This document shows, piece after piece, positions 19,605-28,824 of a stretch of DNA of 43,887 nucleotides. A model generated the notes under the pieces. The model had not been told where the DNA came from. It saw only the letters and a list, made by a program, of their open reading frames with translations, and ran no database searches. The DNA is from a virus (Duplodnaviria; Heunggongvirae; Uroviricota; Caudoviricetes). Both the position numbers and the translations under genes were made by a program. Numbering within the stretch: the first letter of the stretch is position 1; every line of letters begins with the position of its first letter. The stretch lies in IMG/VR virus record IMGVR_UViG_3300032007_000048, positions 64,001-107,887 of that record. One strand, 5' to 3'.

Positions 19605-19644
19605 TAATAGTAGTGAAAGATTTGTTAAAATAATTGAGTGATTT

Positions 19645-20586
19645 GTGGTTCTATCAGAAGAAAAAATAATAAGATTAGTCGAAGAAAGAGGTGTTGCCGC
19701 ATCAAAATATAATAATGTAGCTAAAGAAATTATTAAATATTGTCAAGATTTCATATGGAAAAACAAATTTACCGGAACCACAAATTTTGTACTTCCAAAC
19801 GAAATTACACAAAAAATTGATTTTGTTGAAAATCTTTATCTTGAAATTACGGTTACTGAAAATGTTAATGGTAAATTTTTGAGTGGTGGGGGAAAAACAA
19901 CAGTAAAATACACAAACGAAATTGTTAACGGTAAATTAAAAAACGCTAAAATTTTTATATATGCTTATTCTTACAAACATGTTTTGTACACTAAAACTAT
20001 CTTGACATCATTGTATCATGAACTAAACCATGTGTACGATTACTATCAAGATATAATTAATAATTGGGGGTTTGCAAGAAGATATGCGAACAGTGCAGCA
20101 AAGTCAAAAATTGACACGGCTGACATACAAATTGATGATTATCTTAAAGAAATTTTAGAACTTATTATTTATGGATTATTTTCAGAAACTGAACTAAACG
20201 CTTTAATAACGTCTGTTTATGGTTCTTTACAAAGCTGTAATTCAGAGAGAAAAAATTTCAGACATGACATTCAAGAAAGTCAAGCATATTGTCTATATAA
20301 GAAAATAAAAGAAATTTTACCTGATTTGTTTCGTGCGATTAACAATGATAATTATCATCAAATAAACGCAAGTTTACGAAAAAGTGGAATAAACATTAAA
20401 CCATATCATGATGGACTATTATCATTTAAAAAAGAATTTAGAAAAAAAATCAATTTTAGATTGAACAAGCTAATTAAAGGTATTGGTAGTGCGGCATCAG
20501 TTTATTACGATGATAAAGAAATTGAACCTATAACGGATGAAATCACACATGTTAATCCGCCAATGTTGTTAAAACATGAGGACTAA
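19645..20586 (+). CDS. HExxH-motif hypothetical protein
   Basis: SLYHELNHVY. Confidence 0.65.
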   Translation: MVLSEEKIIRLVEERGVAASKYNNVAKEIIKYCQDFIWKNKFTGTTNFVLPNEITQKIDFVENLYLEITVTENVNGKFLSGGGKTTVKYTNEIVNGKLKNAKIFIYAYSYKHVLYTKTILTSLYHELNHVYDYYQDIINNWGFARRYANSAAKSKIDTADIQIDDYLKEILELIIYGLFSETELNALITSVYGSLQSCNSERKNFRHDIQESQAYCLYKKIKEILPDLFRAINNDNYHQINASLRKSGINIKPYHDGLLSFKKEFRKKINFRLNKLIKGIGSAASVYYDDKEIEPITDEITHVNPPMLLKHED

Positions 20587-20590
20587 TATT

Positions 20591-20622
20591 TTTGCTTTTT
20601 AAAATAACTTTTTATATATTTG
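20591..20622 (+). promoter_or_regulatory. Bacteroidota sigma-A-type promoter
   Basis: TTTG (20591) N20 TATATTTG (20615-20622) upstream of clpP. Confidence 0.65.
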
Positions 20623-20639
20623 TTAAAAATTAAAATATT

Positions 20640-21341
20640 ATGAATTATAAGTTAAATGATTTTGAGAAATTTGCCATTGACAAAGGCGTTAGTACAAGTA
20701 AAACTAATGGATACAACAACATGCTTAAAAACAGAATCATAAGTCCTACAATTATTGAGGAAAGACCACTTAATGTTGCGTCAATGGATGTGTTTTCTGC
20801 CTTGATTAGAGAGAAGATTATTTATCTTTCAGGTGAAATTGATGGTGATACCGCAAGTGTGATTAACGCACAACTTCTTTATCTTAATTCAATTTCAGAT
20901 ATTGATGACACAATTAAAATGTTCATATCAAGTGGTGGTGGTTCGGTTATTGATGGGTTAAGTATCAGAGATACATGTAATTTTGTGTTACCTGATGTTG
21001 CTACTTACTGTATGGGAATGGCCGCATCAATGGCATCAATACTCTTGTCATCAGGTGTGAGAGGTAAAAGATACGCATTACCTAACAGCACAATTATGAT
21101 TCATCAGGTTGCGTCATACAATGGGTATTTGAAAAACGCTGACCTTCAGATTGAGGCAAGAGAATCACAAAAATGGCAAAATATCCTTTACAATATATTG
21201 GCTGAAAATACAGGTAAGACATTTGAGGAAATTGAAAAGGACGCTGATAGAGACCATTGGCTGATGCCTAATGAGGCACTTCCTGGTGTATATGGAACTT
21301 ATGGTCTTATTGATGAAATTATAACAAAGTCAAAAGAATAA
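20640..21341 (+). CDS. clpP: ClpP protease proteolytic subunit
   Basis: MDVFSAL...RIIYL-type start, ISSGGGS, GMAASMA (Ser), IMIHQ (His), DADRDHW. Confidence 0.92.
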   Translation: MNYKLNDFEKFAIDKGVSTSKTNGYNNMLKNRIISPTIIEERPLNVASMDVFSALIREKIIYLSGEIDGDTASVINAQLLYLNSISDIDDTIKMFISSGGGSVIDGLSIRDTCNFVLPDVATYCMGMAASMASILLSSGVRGKRYALPNSTIMIHQVASYNGYLKNADLQIEARESQKWQNILYNILAENTGKTFEEIEKDADRDHWLMPNEALPGVYGTYGLIDEIITKSKE

Positions 21342-21344
21342 ACA

Positions 21345-22904
21345 ATGAGTGTTAACATTATTGTTGCCGTGGGAAACTATGTACCAAATCATGGTTTCCC
21401 TATTGGTATAAAAGGAAATATGCCTTGGCATAATAAGGCGGATTTAAAATGGTTTAAAGACACAACAACAGGACACCCTGTTATTATGGGTAGAAAAACA
21501 TTTGAAGCGATTGGTCATCCACTTCCAAACAGAATGAATATTGTTGTTACTTCAAGAACTCACATATGGCAAGATAATACCGATACCAATATTAGAATAT
21601 GTGATAAACTTGAAGAGGCAATAAAATTTGCCAAGACGATTGATGAAGAAATTTTCATTATTGGTGGCGCAAGTATATATGACTATGCTTTATCACAAAA
21701 TCTTGTTGATAAGGTTTTAATTGATATGCTTGCGGTTGATGTACCTGATGCTGACACATTTTTTCCTGATATTGTCACCAACAATGAATGGGAGGAAGTA
21801 GGAAGACCAACAGAAATAGAAAACAGAAAAGCATACGCCATGACTTATGTTAAATGTAAAGGTCTCAATAATCATGTTGATGAACAATATCTTGATTTGG
21901 TTAATGATATTATTGAACACGGTGAAACCAAAGATACAAGAGCCGGTAAAACAAGGTCTTTGTTCGGTAAACAGTTAAGGTTTAACCTTAAAGAAGGTTT
22001 ACCCATCCTCACCACCAAAAAGGTTTATACAAAAGGAGTTATTCATGAGCTTCTTTGGTTTCTTAAAGGCGACACCAATATAAAATATTTGGTTGAAAAC
22101 AATGTTCATATTTGGGATGATGATGCTTATAGGTATTACCTTGAAGTGGTTAAAAGATGTAAAGGTGTTGAAGGGTATGAAAAAGCCTACAGTAAAGAAA
22201 TTTTCCTAAAATTTGTCAGACTAGGAAGTTTTGGTGAACATTTGTACAATAACGACAAGTCAGTGTATCATTATGGAGACCTTGGACCTGTCTATGGAAA
22301 ACAATGGACAAATTGGGACGGTATAAATCAAATTAAGGAAGTTATAGAAAAACTTAAAACTAATCCTGATGATAGAAGATTGATTGTCTCTGCTTGGAAT
22401 GTTGGTAAACTTCATGATATGGCATTACCACCTTGTCATTATTGCTGTCAATTCTATACAAAAGAAATGACATTGGAAGAAAGACTTAAATATTATGAGG
22501 ATAATGTCGGTATAAGGATGCACGAAAATAATTATGAACTCCTTGACGAATGGGATATTCCAAGAAGAAAATTAAGTTGTATGTGGAATCAGCGCAGCGT
22601 GGATTGTGGTTTAGGTTGGTGCTTCAACGCACTTTCATACTCAATCCTAACACATATGATAGCACAATGTGCTAATATGGATGTTGATGAACTTATATTT
22701 TCAGGTGGTGATGTACATGTTTATGAAAATCATATAGAACCTTTAAAAGAACAATTATCAAGAAACCCACATATGTATGCTTTACCAACACTTAAATTAA
22801 ACCCAAACATAACTAAAATAGAAGATTTCACTTACGAAGACATAAAAATTGAAGGATATAGGTCATATCCAGCAATCAAAATGCCTCTTAGTGTTGGATT
22901 GTGA
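21345..22904 (+). CDS. thyA: Bifunctional dihydrofolate reductase-thymidylate synthase
   Basis: N-terminal DHFR (MPWH...DLKWFK, VIMGRKTFE, IIGGASIY); C-terminal TS (LPILTTKK, GPVYGKQW, ALPPCH, QRSVD, GDVHVY). Confidence 0.95.
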   Translation: MSVNIIVAVGNYVPNHGFPIGIKGNMPWHNKADLKWFKDTTTGHPVIMGRKTFEAIGHPLPNRMNIVVTSRTHIWQDNTDTNIRICDKLEEAIKFAKTIDEEIFIIGGASIYDYALSQNLVDKVLIDMLAVDVPDADTFFPDIVTNNEWEEVGRPTEIENRKAYAMTYVKCKGLNNHVDEQYLDLVNDIIEHGETKDTRAGKTRSLFGKQLRFNLKEGLPILTTKKVYTKGVIHELLWFLKGDTNIKYLVENNVHIWDDDAYRYYLEVVKRCKGVEGYEKAYSKEIFLKFVRLGSFGEHLYNNDKSVYHYGDLGPVYGKQWTNWDGINQIKEVIEKLKTNPDDRRLIVSAWNVGKLHDMALPPCHYCCQFYTKEMTLEERLKYYEDNVGIRMHENNYELLDEWDIPRRKLSCMWNQRSVDCGLGWCFNALSYSILTHMIAQCANMDVDELIFSGGDVHVYENHIEPLKEQLSRNPHMYALPTLKLNPNITKIEDFTYEDIKIEGYRSYPAIKMPLSVGL

Positions 22905-22973
22905 AAAATAATTTGTTTTTCGCTTTACTTTTTAATCTTTTATGCTATTTATTAGTATAAGAGATTTTTAGTT

Positions 22974-24116
22974 ATGATAGGATACATTTATAAAATTATA
23001 AATAATAAAACAAACAAGTTTTACATCGGGTCCACATTAAACCCCAAAGTAAGAAAAGAAAGACATTTTAACGAACTAAAGTCTAATAAACATCATTCAG
23101 TTTATTTACAGAGAGCATACAATAAATATGGCGGTGAAAATTTTGACTTTGTGATAATTAAAGCAAGAGAATTCTCATCAGAAGAAGAACTTAGGGCATT
23201 AGAAGAAAGATACATTAATTTTTGTTGGAATAGTGGAAAATTGTATAATGTTTCAAAGAACGGAAGTGGTGGGGATATTGTTTCATATCATCCTTTTTTA
23301 AATAAAATAAAAGAGAAACAAAGAATTGCAACTAAAAATAGATGGGACTCAAAAACTGATGAGGAAAAACAAGTGTATTCTGAAAAATTGAGAGGAAAGG
23401 GAAACCCAAATTTTGGCAATAAATGGACTAAAGAACAACGGGAAAAGGCATCTAAAGAAAAGAAGGAATATTTTAAAACACATGATAATTACATAAAAGG
23501 AAAAACATTTGAAGAAGTGTATGGAATAGAACGAGCAGCAGAAATAAAACAAAAATTATCAGTGTCTTTTTCAAAAAGAACTGGTGAAAAAAATTCTTTT
23601 TATGGAAAACATCATACTGAAGAAACTAAGAAAAAACTTTCAGAACAAATGAAAGGTAAAATTCCCGCTGATGCTAAAAAGGTTCGATACAACGGAATTG
23701 TTTATGAGTCAGCAATGGAATGTTCAAAAAAGACCGGTATAAATTATCTTACAGTTTGTTATAGATGTAGAGAACAAATTTATGGTTTTTCTTATGTTGG
23801 TGAAGAAAAAACAAAACGAGAAGCAAAAAAAATGTGGAATTTAGAAGATTGTGAAATTATTGCAAAAACATGTAAAACAAAGAAAGAATTTGAACAAAAA
23901 AATGCTTCAGCATATCAATGGGTTTTAAAAAATGGATATATGAAAGAATTTTCGGAAAAATATTTCATAGAATTGAGACATAGATGGACACTTGATGAAG
24001 TTTTAAAAATTGCAAAAAAATATTCATCTTATAGTGAGTTTTGGAATGCGGAAAAGAAGGCTGTTTCTGCTATGAAGAGAAACAAATGGAATAATATAGT
24101 AAAAAACATCTTTTAA
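22974..24116 (+). CDS. Free-standing GIY-YIG homing endonuclease with NUMOD3-like motifs
   Basis: GYIYKI...FYIGS; GKGNPNFG, GEKNSFYGKHHTEETKKKLS; CTATTTAT at 22945. Confidence 0.88.
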   Translation: MIGYIYKIINNKTNKFYIGSTLNPKVRKERHFNELKSNKHHSVYLQRAYNKYGGENFDFVIIKAREFSSEEELRALEERYINFCWNSGKLYNVSKNGSGGDIVSYHPFLNKIKEKQRIATKNRWDSKTDEEKQVYSEKLRGKGNPNFGNKWTKEQREKASKEKKEYFKTHDNYIKGKTFEEVYGIERAAEIKQKLSVSFSKRTGEKNSFYGKHHTEETKKKLSEQMKGKIPADAKKVRYNGIVYESAMECSKKTGINYLTVCYRCREQIYGFSYVGEEKTKREAKKMWNLEDCEIIAKTCKTKKEFEQKNASAYQWVLKNGYMKEFSEKYFIELRHRWTLDEVLKIAKKYSSYSEFWNAEKKAVSAMKRNKWNNIVKNIF

Positions 24117-24328
24117 TTTATACTGTTGGTGATGTGCATGTATATGAAAACCAAATTGAAATTTACGAAAAAGAGCAAAAAAATAGAAACCCACACATGT
24201 ATGGGCTTCCTAAATTATGGATTAATCCTGAGAGAAAAAATATAGAAGAGTTTACTTATGATGATATAAAAATTAAAGAATATCAGTCATATCCATCAGT
24301 AAAATATCCTTTATCTGTTGGTCTTTAA
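24113..24328 (+). pseudogene. thyA: Displaced, divergent 3' end of thyA
   Basis: LIYTVGDVHVYEN...PLSVGL; about 41/65 aa identical by hand alignment to the C-terminus of 21345..22904; no 5' part. Confidence 0.85.
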
Positions 24329-24329
24329 T

Positions 24330-24467
24330 TTATATGGGTCTTCTATATATAATTTTTCTAACAGAAGTTTTTTTAACTGTTGTGTTAGGTGTTTTTTTCG
24401 CCACTGTTTTCACCACTTGTTTAACCGGTTGTTTTACCTCAGTTTTTTGTTTACATGAACATGCCAT
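24330..24467 (-). CDS. Small basic hypothetical protein (45 aa)
   Basis: MACSCKQKTEVKQPV...RRPI; CTATTTAT motif at 24487-24494 on its strand; below the ORF-track size cut-off. Confidence 0.6.
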   Translation of the reverse strand: MACSCKQKTEVKQPVKQVVKTVAKKTPNTTVKKTSVRKIIYRRPI

Positions 24468-24512
24468 ATCAGTTTAATTTTTTGTAATAAATAGTTAAAT
24501 AATTTAAAAAAC

Positions 24513-25382
24513 ATGACACTTTTTGAAGAAATTGTCCAAGAACTAAATGAAGAGTTAGGAATCAGTCAATTGGTTTCTGACACAACGAATATCTTAATTT
24601 CCGATATTTCCAAAGATGCTAAGAAACAACCATATAGTGATGTTAAAAATGGTTGTTTAAAAAACTACCCCCTTTTTGGTAAAAAATACAATGTGTTTTA
24701 TACATTGTATTTTTTCGAAACGATGAAAGACAAAGAAAAAACACAAAACAGCAACCCAGGTAGGTCAACCAAAAAAAACGATATTTATGTTTCGGTATGT
24801 TATATTAAAGAAATTAACAAATACATAGACTACGATGGTACTACACAGCATGAATTAGAACATGTATACCAAATTGTTAAATCAAAAAAGTACCTTTTGA
24901 CACCCCAAAGTGTACCAATATATCAAACCGCAGTGAACTTAATAACGAATGGTATAAGTAAACAAAATTTTTACGAAACACTTGTTGGGTTTACGATTTA
25001 TTATAACAACAAATTTGAAAAAGATGCATTCGCTAATGATATATACCGTACAATAATTGACAATCCGCAAAAAGAGCCAATGGAAACGGTAAAAAAAACT
25101 GATACCTATTCTAATATTGTGCTTATTGAAAAATACATGGAAAGTGACTCAATATTTACAAGACAGATAATAGAAAATATTGTTTTTAAAAATTTTAACA
25201 AACATTACAAATGGTGGTACAATATAGCAAAAAAAGTAGTTAACAATTACAAAACCAAAATTGGTAAAATTTTAGCTAAGGCGCATAAAGATTTGTATAG
25301 TGAAAACAGTTTGGTAAACATCAATAAAAAAATTTTGGAAGAAAACCCGTTTAAATTAGAAGATTTTTTAAAAAATCCTTGA
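24513..25382 (+). CDS. HExxH-motif hypothetical protein
   Basis: TQHELEHVY. Confidence 0.65.
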   Translation: MTLFEEIVQELNEELGISQLVSDTTNILISDISKDAKKQPYSDVKNGCLKNYPLFGKKYNVFYTLYFFETMKDKEKTQNSNPGRSTKKNDIYVSVCYIKEINKYIDYDGTTQHELEHVYQIVKSKKYLLTPQSVPIYQTAVNLITNGISKQNFYETLVGFTIYYNNKFEKDAFANDIYRTIIDNPQKEPMETVKKTDTYSNIVLIEKYMESDSIFTRQIIENIVFKNFNKHYKWWYNIAKKVVNNYKTKIGKILAKAHKDLYSENSLVNINKKILEENPFKLEDFLKNP

Positions 25383-25453
25383 TTTTTTTTGAAAAAAATC
25401 AGATTTTTTTAAATGATTATATATTTATATACGGAAAAAAAAGAAAACATATT

Positions 25454-25576
25454 ATGAGTCAATGGTTTAATACATCAGTAATTTTTGAGGCTAATAGACA
25501 TTATAGTCTCAGTATTGCTGTACCCACAAGTGAACAACCATCACTCAAAAAAAAGGTAGGAGTAAGGAAAACATGA
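25454..25576 (+). CDS. Possible small protein or leader peptide (40 aa)
   Basis: ATG 25454, preceded by ATATTTAT, followed by an AACCTCC/GGAGGTT-T-run hairpin. Confidence 0.3.
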   Translation: MSQWFNTSVIFEANRHYSLSIAVPTSEQPSLKKKVGVRKT

Positions 25577-25688
25577 GAAAAAACAAGTAACACATAGGTT
25601 TCTAACCACAACATATTTTCCCAACCTCCTAGTAAAAAATTCCTTCAACAAAAAGAATTAAAAACTTTGGAGGTTTTTTTATTTATTT

Positions 25689-25703
25689 TGGTACGATATT
25701 TGT
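25689..25703 (+). promoter_or_regulatory. Sigma-54-like -24/-12 motif at the head of the tRNA array
   Basis: TGGTACG-ATAT-TTGT, 15 nt before tRNA-Trp. Confidence 0.55.
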
Positions 25704-25717
25704 AAGATAGTTAATAT

Positions 25718-25792
25718 GGAAGCGTGGTGTAAATGGTTAAGCATAGCATCCTCCAAAGTTGCCTGATGAGAGTTCGAATCTTTCCGCTTCTG
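25718..25792 (+). tRNA. tRNA-Trp(CCA)
   Basis: Cloverleaf; GCATC-CTCCAAA-GTTGC. Confidence 0.85.
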
Positions 25793-25800
25793 CAAAATTT

Positions 25801-25874
25801 GTTTCAGTGGTGAAGTGGTTTAACACATCAGTCTGCAAAACTGACATCCGTGAGTTCGAATCTCACCTGAAACT
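25801..25874 (+). tRNA. tRNA-Cys(GCA)
   Basis: TCAGT-CTGCAAA-ACTGA; U73. Confidence 0.92.
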
Positions 25875-25880
25875 CAAAAT

Positions 25881-25963
25881 GGGTACTTGGTGGAACGGTA
25901 GACACGCATGCCTTAGGAGCATGTATCCTTCGTGATGTGAGAGTTCAAGTCTCTCAGTGCCCA
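25881..25963 (+). tRNA. tRNA-Leu(TAG)
   Basis: CATGC-CTTAGGA-GCATG; long variable arm. Confidence 0.9.
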
Positions 25964-25976
25964 CAAAATAAAATAA

Positions 25977-26050
25977 GGGCGAGTAGCTTAGTTGGTTAAA
26001 GCACTTGACTGATATTCAAGAGACCGTAGATTCGAGTTCTACCTTGCCCA
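25977..26050 (+). tRNA. tRNA-Ile(GAT)
   Basis: CTTGA-CTGATAT-TCAAG. Confidence 0.9.
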
Positions 26051-26074
26051 CAAAAAACATAAAATTTAATGATT

Positions 26075-26230
26075 ATGGATAATATTTTGGAAAATCATAA
26101 ACAGTTGGAAGAAGAATTTAAAAACCATAGTGGTTATACAATGGAAACATTTTTGAAAGAAGTGTTGAATTACACAGATGATTTTGATGTGAAAAATATT
26201 ATTTTTGTACATAAAAATTTGGGTTTTTAA
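26075..26230 (+). CDS. Small hypothetical protein (51 aa)
   Basis: MDNILENHKQLEEEFK...NLGF between tRNAs. Confidence 0.5.
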   Translation: MDNILENHKQLEEEFKNHSGYTMETFLKEVLNYTDDFDVKNIIFVHKNLGF

Positions 26231-26249
26231 AAAAATAGTAATATATTTG
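26218..26249 (+). promoter_or_regulatory. Bacteroidota sigma-A-type promoter
   Basis: TTTG (26218) N20 TATATTTG (26242-26249) before tRNA-Leu(AAG). Confidence 0.65.
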
Positions 26250-26260
26250 CAACACAATTT

Positions 26261-26343
26261 GGGTGCTTGCTGGAATTGGTAGACAGGCATGCCTAAGGAG
26301 CATGTGTCTTAATGACGTGAGAGTTCAAGTCTCTCAGTGCCCA
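26261..26343 (+). tRNA. tRNA-Leu(AAG)
   Basis: CATGC-CTAAGGA-GCATG; near-duplicate of the Leu(TAG) gene. Confidence 0.9.
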
Positions 26344-26424
26344 CAACCACGTATGTTTTTCGGATTTTTAAACCGTAGGAAGATGAGATACGTTGACTTC
26401 TAAATTCAAAAAGAATTTAATTAC

Positions 26425-26509
26425 GGGAGTGCGGCTCAGATGGTGGATGGGCACTGGACTGTAAATCCAGCACAATGACACACAGTTAGTTCGAATCTAA
26501 CCACTCCCA
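26425..26509 (+). tRNA. tRNA-Tyr(GTA)
   Basis: CTGGA-CTGTAAA-TCCAG; long variable region. Confidence 0.9.
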
Positions 26510-26524
26510 CAAAAAAAAGAAATT

Positions 26525-27202
26525 ATGACTGAAATAGTTCTTACTGAAACTGATTTAAAAAATATAATAGAGAAAAGTGTTAAAAATGTTATGATGGAAA
26601 CATCACGCAGACAAAAAGCACAACAAGCAATACAAGGAACTAATCGTAGGGTTAGAACAATGGCTATTATTTCAGCAGAAAATCCTATGGGTAATAAGGC
26701 TGAAAAAGAATATAATCAGCAAGCAAGTAATGAATTAGAAAGACAACTTAGTATTGGACATTATAAATATTTTAAAGTAAAAGGTAACTATGATGGTATT
26801 GAGAATTCTATAATGGTATATAATATCACTATTGAAGATACACTTTATCTATGTTACAAATATAACCAAGAAAGTGTGATATTTGTTGATATGCAAAACG
26901 ATGGAGAAGTTTCATACCAATATTGGGAAGGTGATGACAAGCACTCACAGTTAAAACTTCAACATGAAGAGCATGAAATTGTAGATGCTACCGATGATGA
27001 CAACTACTATACACAAATATCCAAGCATTTTAAATTTAGAATACCTTTTTTTGAACAAGTAAAGAAAATATATGATGATTTGGCTTTGAGAGAAGATACT
27101 ATTGATATAGACAAAATTATAACAGAAAGTCTTGAACCAACTCGCACAGGTAAATCAAAATATTTTAAAAGAGGTCAATTGTACGGCAAAAATGTTAAAT
27201 AA
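26525..27202 (+). CDS. Hypothetical protein (DUF3293-like), paralog of 36084..36860
   Basis: AIISAENP, GNYDGIENSIMVYN, KYNQESVIF; N-terminal LTETDLKNIIEKSV motif. Confidence 0.65.
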   Translation: MTEIVLTETDLKNIIEKSVKNVMMETSRRQKAQQAIQGTNRRVRTMAIISAENPMGNKAEKEYNQQASNELERQLSIGHYKYFKVKGNYDGIENSIMVYNITIEDTLYLCYKYNQESVIFVDMQNDGEVSYQYWEGDDKHSQLKLQHEEHEIVDATDDDNYYTQISKHFKFRIPFFEQVKKIYDDLALREDTIDIDKIITESLEPTRTGKSKYFKRGQLYGKNVK

Positions 27203-27233
27203 TATTAAAATTTGTTTGTCTTTTTAATGCCTT

Positions 27234-27248
27234 TGGCATGATATTTGT
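27234..27248 (+). promoter_or_regulatory. Sigma-54-like -24/-12 motif
   Basis: TGGCATG-ATAT-TTGT. Confidence 0.55.
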
Positions 27249-27273
27249 AAAACACATAATAGTTCTTTGAAAA

Positions 27274-27465
27274 ATTATATTGAGTGAGGAGATATGGAAT
27301 GGAATCGGTATTTTCTGAAGTACGCTACAGGGAAAAGGAAAATACATCAGGATTCAATAGGTGTACAGATAATATTGAAAGAATTTGCGCAAACAACAAT
27401 ATTATCCAAGGCGATGGGTGTCATATTCAACTGTAGGTAATTTCTGACCAGTAACTCAATATAAT
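27274..27465 (+). ncRNA. Unidentified structured RNA candidate
   Basis: 12-bp closing stem, internal 8- and 10-bp stems, CTACAG/CTGTAG crossing pairing. Confidence 0.55.
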
Positions 27466-27467
27466 AT

Positions 27468-27541
27468 ACCCTCTTACACCAATTGGCAGAGTGAATAGAT
27501 TCAAAATCTATGAAGTCTCAGTTCGAATCTGAGAGAGGGTA
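27468..27541 (+). tRNA. tRNA-Leu(CAA), short variable loop
   Basis: ATAGA-TTCAAAA-TCTAT; variable region GAAGT. Confidence 0.85.
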
Positions 27542-27568
27542 CAAATTTTATTTTTTAATTTTATTGTT

Positions 27569-27805
27569 ATGAGTAAAAAGAAACACACAAAGAAAAATTC
27601 ATTTACCCCAAGAAGGGACGCTAATGAAAATGTTAGAAACAGTCTTATTGAGAAAAAGAGACTTATGTTGGCAAGACAAAAGAGGCTTGAAAAGTTGAGA
27701 GCGGAATATGAGAAAATGAACTCTGTCGCACCTACAACAGCAGCCACAATGCCAAAAAACGAAGATGTGGTAAATGATGCAACAACTGAAACTACTGAAA
27801 AGTAG
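27569..27805 (+). CDS. Small basic hypothetical protein
   Basis: 78-aa ORF between tRNAs. Confidence 0.55.
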   Translation: MSKKKHTKKNSFTPRRDANENVRNSLIEKKRLMLARQKRLEKLRAEYEKMNSVAPTTAATMPKNEDVVNDATTETTEK

Positions 27806-27814
27806 TTTATAATT

Positions 27815-27886
27815 GGGGATGTCGTATAAGGGTTATTACTGCGGACTGTTAATCCGTCTATCTTGGTTCGAATCCATGCGTCCCCG
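27815..27886 (+). tRNA. tRNA-Asn(GTT)
   Basis: GCGGA-CTGTTAA-TCCGT. Confidence 0.9.
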
Positions 27887-27913
27887 CAAAAAAAAATGTT
27901 AAAATTTATATTT

Positions 27914-27928
27914 TGGCACGATTTTTGA
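27914..27928 (+). promoter_or_regulatory. Sigma-54-like -24/-12 motif
   Basis: TGGCACG-ATTT-TTGA upstream of the intron-containing tRNA-Gln. Confidence 0.55.
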
Positions 27929-27958
27929 AATAAAAAGAAACAGTTCTTTGAAATAAAT

Positions 27959-28585
27959 TGAAGGCTCGTCTAAAGGTAAGACATGGGATTTTGAAAAAAT
28001 CGAATGCTTCAAAAGAAATTTTGTATGTAGAATTCTCCAAATTCGGTGAAGGCTAAGTAATCATATAAGAGTGTGTTTGTCCGAGAGGGCATTGTAAATC
28101 ACGAGATTATCCGAGAGGATATAACAGATGAGATATATGCTAATACCGAGCCAATGTTATAGTTTTGCAGGGGATTCGAGTTCCCACATATGGACAAAGT
28201 GTAATTCTTTGTGCAAGGTGTAGCAAACGGAGCATGTAAAACTTAGACAGTGTGTAGAGACTAGATGGAGAAAACCTAAGTTGAAATGGAAGAAGAGTAA
28301 TATTCCACATCCGTAAGAATATATATTATTTCAATAAGGATTGAGTTTATAAGAAAGTACTTAGAGACTGATGCTTCCTACTTGCGCAAGATTTCAATAT
28401 GGTTAAGGTATAGTCCAGACCACAAACAATGTAAATTGCAGTAAACGGGATAAATATATAGCAATATGTTCCTTCACCAACCATGAGAGGTGGGTAAATA
28501 TCATCCTGCAATTGAATGCTAGTTGGTAGTGAAAGCTATAGTGGTATGGGTTCCCAGAATAGAGGTTCGATTCCTCTGCCTTCAA
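27959..28585 (+). tRNA. tRNA-Gln(TTG), split: exons 27959-27992 and 28549-28585
   Basis: Joined exons give TGGGA-TTTT|GGT-TCCCA with complete acceptor (TGAAGGC/GCCTTCA), D and T arms. Confidence 0.88.
27993..28548 (+). ncRNA. Group I intron (556 nt) after U35 of tRNA-Gln
   Basis: P AAATTCGGTGAA 28039, Q AATACCGAGCC 28142, R TGTAGAGACTA 28253, S AAGGTATAGTCC 28405; P7 GACTA/TAGTC; P3 TTCTCC/GGAGAA; terminal G. Confidence 0.9.
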
Positions 28586-28597
28586 CTAAAAATTAAT

Positions 28598-28628
28598 TTT
28601 GTTGTAAAAAAAAAGATTTATACATTTG
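28598..28628 (+). promoter_or_regulatory. Bacteroidota sigma-A-type promoter
   Basis: TTTG (28598) N19 TACATTTG (28621-28628). Confidence 0.6.
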
Positions 28629-28717
28629 CAATGAAATTAATATTTCTTTGACAATACTGATAAATACAAATTATTTTATTGAATATGTGAAATTGAAAAT
28701 AAAATATGGTCACGAAG

Positions 28718-28824
28718 GCTGAGGTGGTGCGAATTGGAAGACTCGTAGGGGTAATACCCAGTTCAGGCGAGTAACCTGCATTATCCTTTGATAATGACTG
28801 TCGGTTCGAATCCGACTCTCAGCA
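28718..28824 (+). ncRNA. tRNA-Leu-like RNA with degenerate anticodon arm and two extra hairpins
   Basis: Acceptor GCTGAGG/TCTCAGC-A, perfect T arm GTCGG-TTCGAAT-CCGAC, Leu-type D loop; 107 nt. Confidence 0.6.

Noticed and set aside
22905-24133. td-type group I intron housing the GIY-YIG gene
   Set aside because: Upstream thyA is already complete and no intron core motifs flank the ORF.
26349-26400. Theta (HDV-like) ribozyme after tRNA-Leu(AAG)
   Set aside because: Pairings ACGTAT/ATACGT, CGG/CCG and GGAAG/CTTCT exist but are not in HDV order and leave no room for P3/L3.
27468-27541. Short-variable-loop tRNA-Leu(CAA) as a novelty
   Set aside because: To my knowledge similar class I Leu tRNAs occur in other phages; recorded as a feature only.
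28718-28824. tRNA-Sec
   Set aside because: GTTCAGG is not enclosed by a stem; acceptor is 7 bp and there is no 6-bp D stem.
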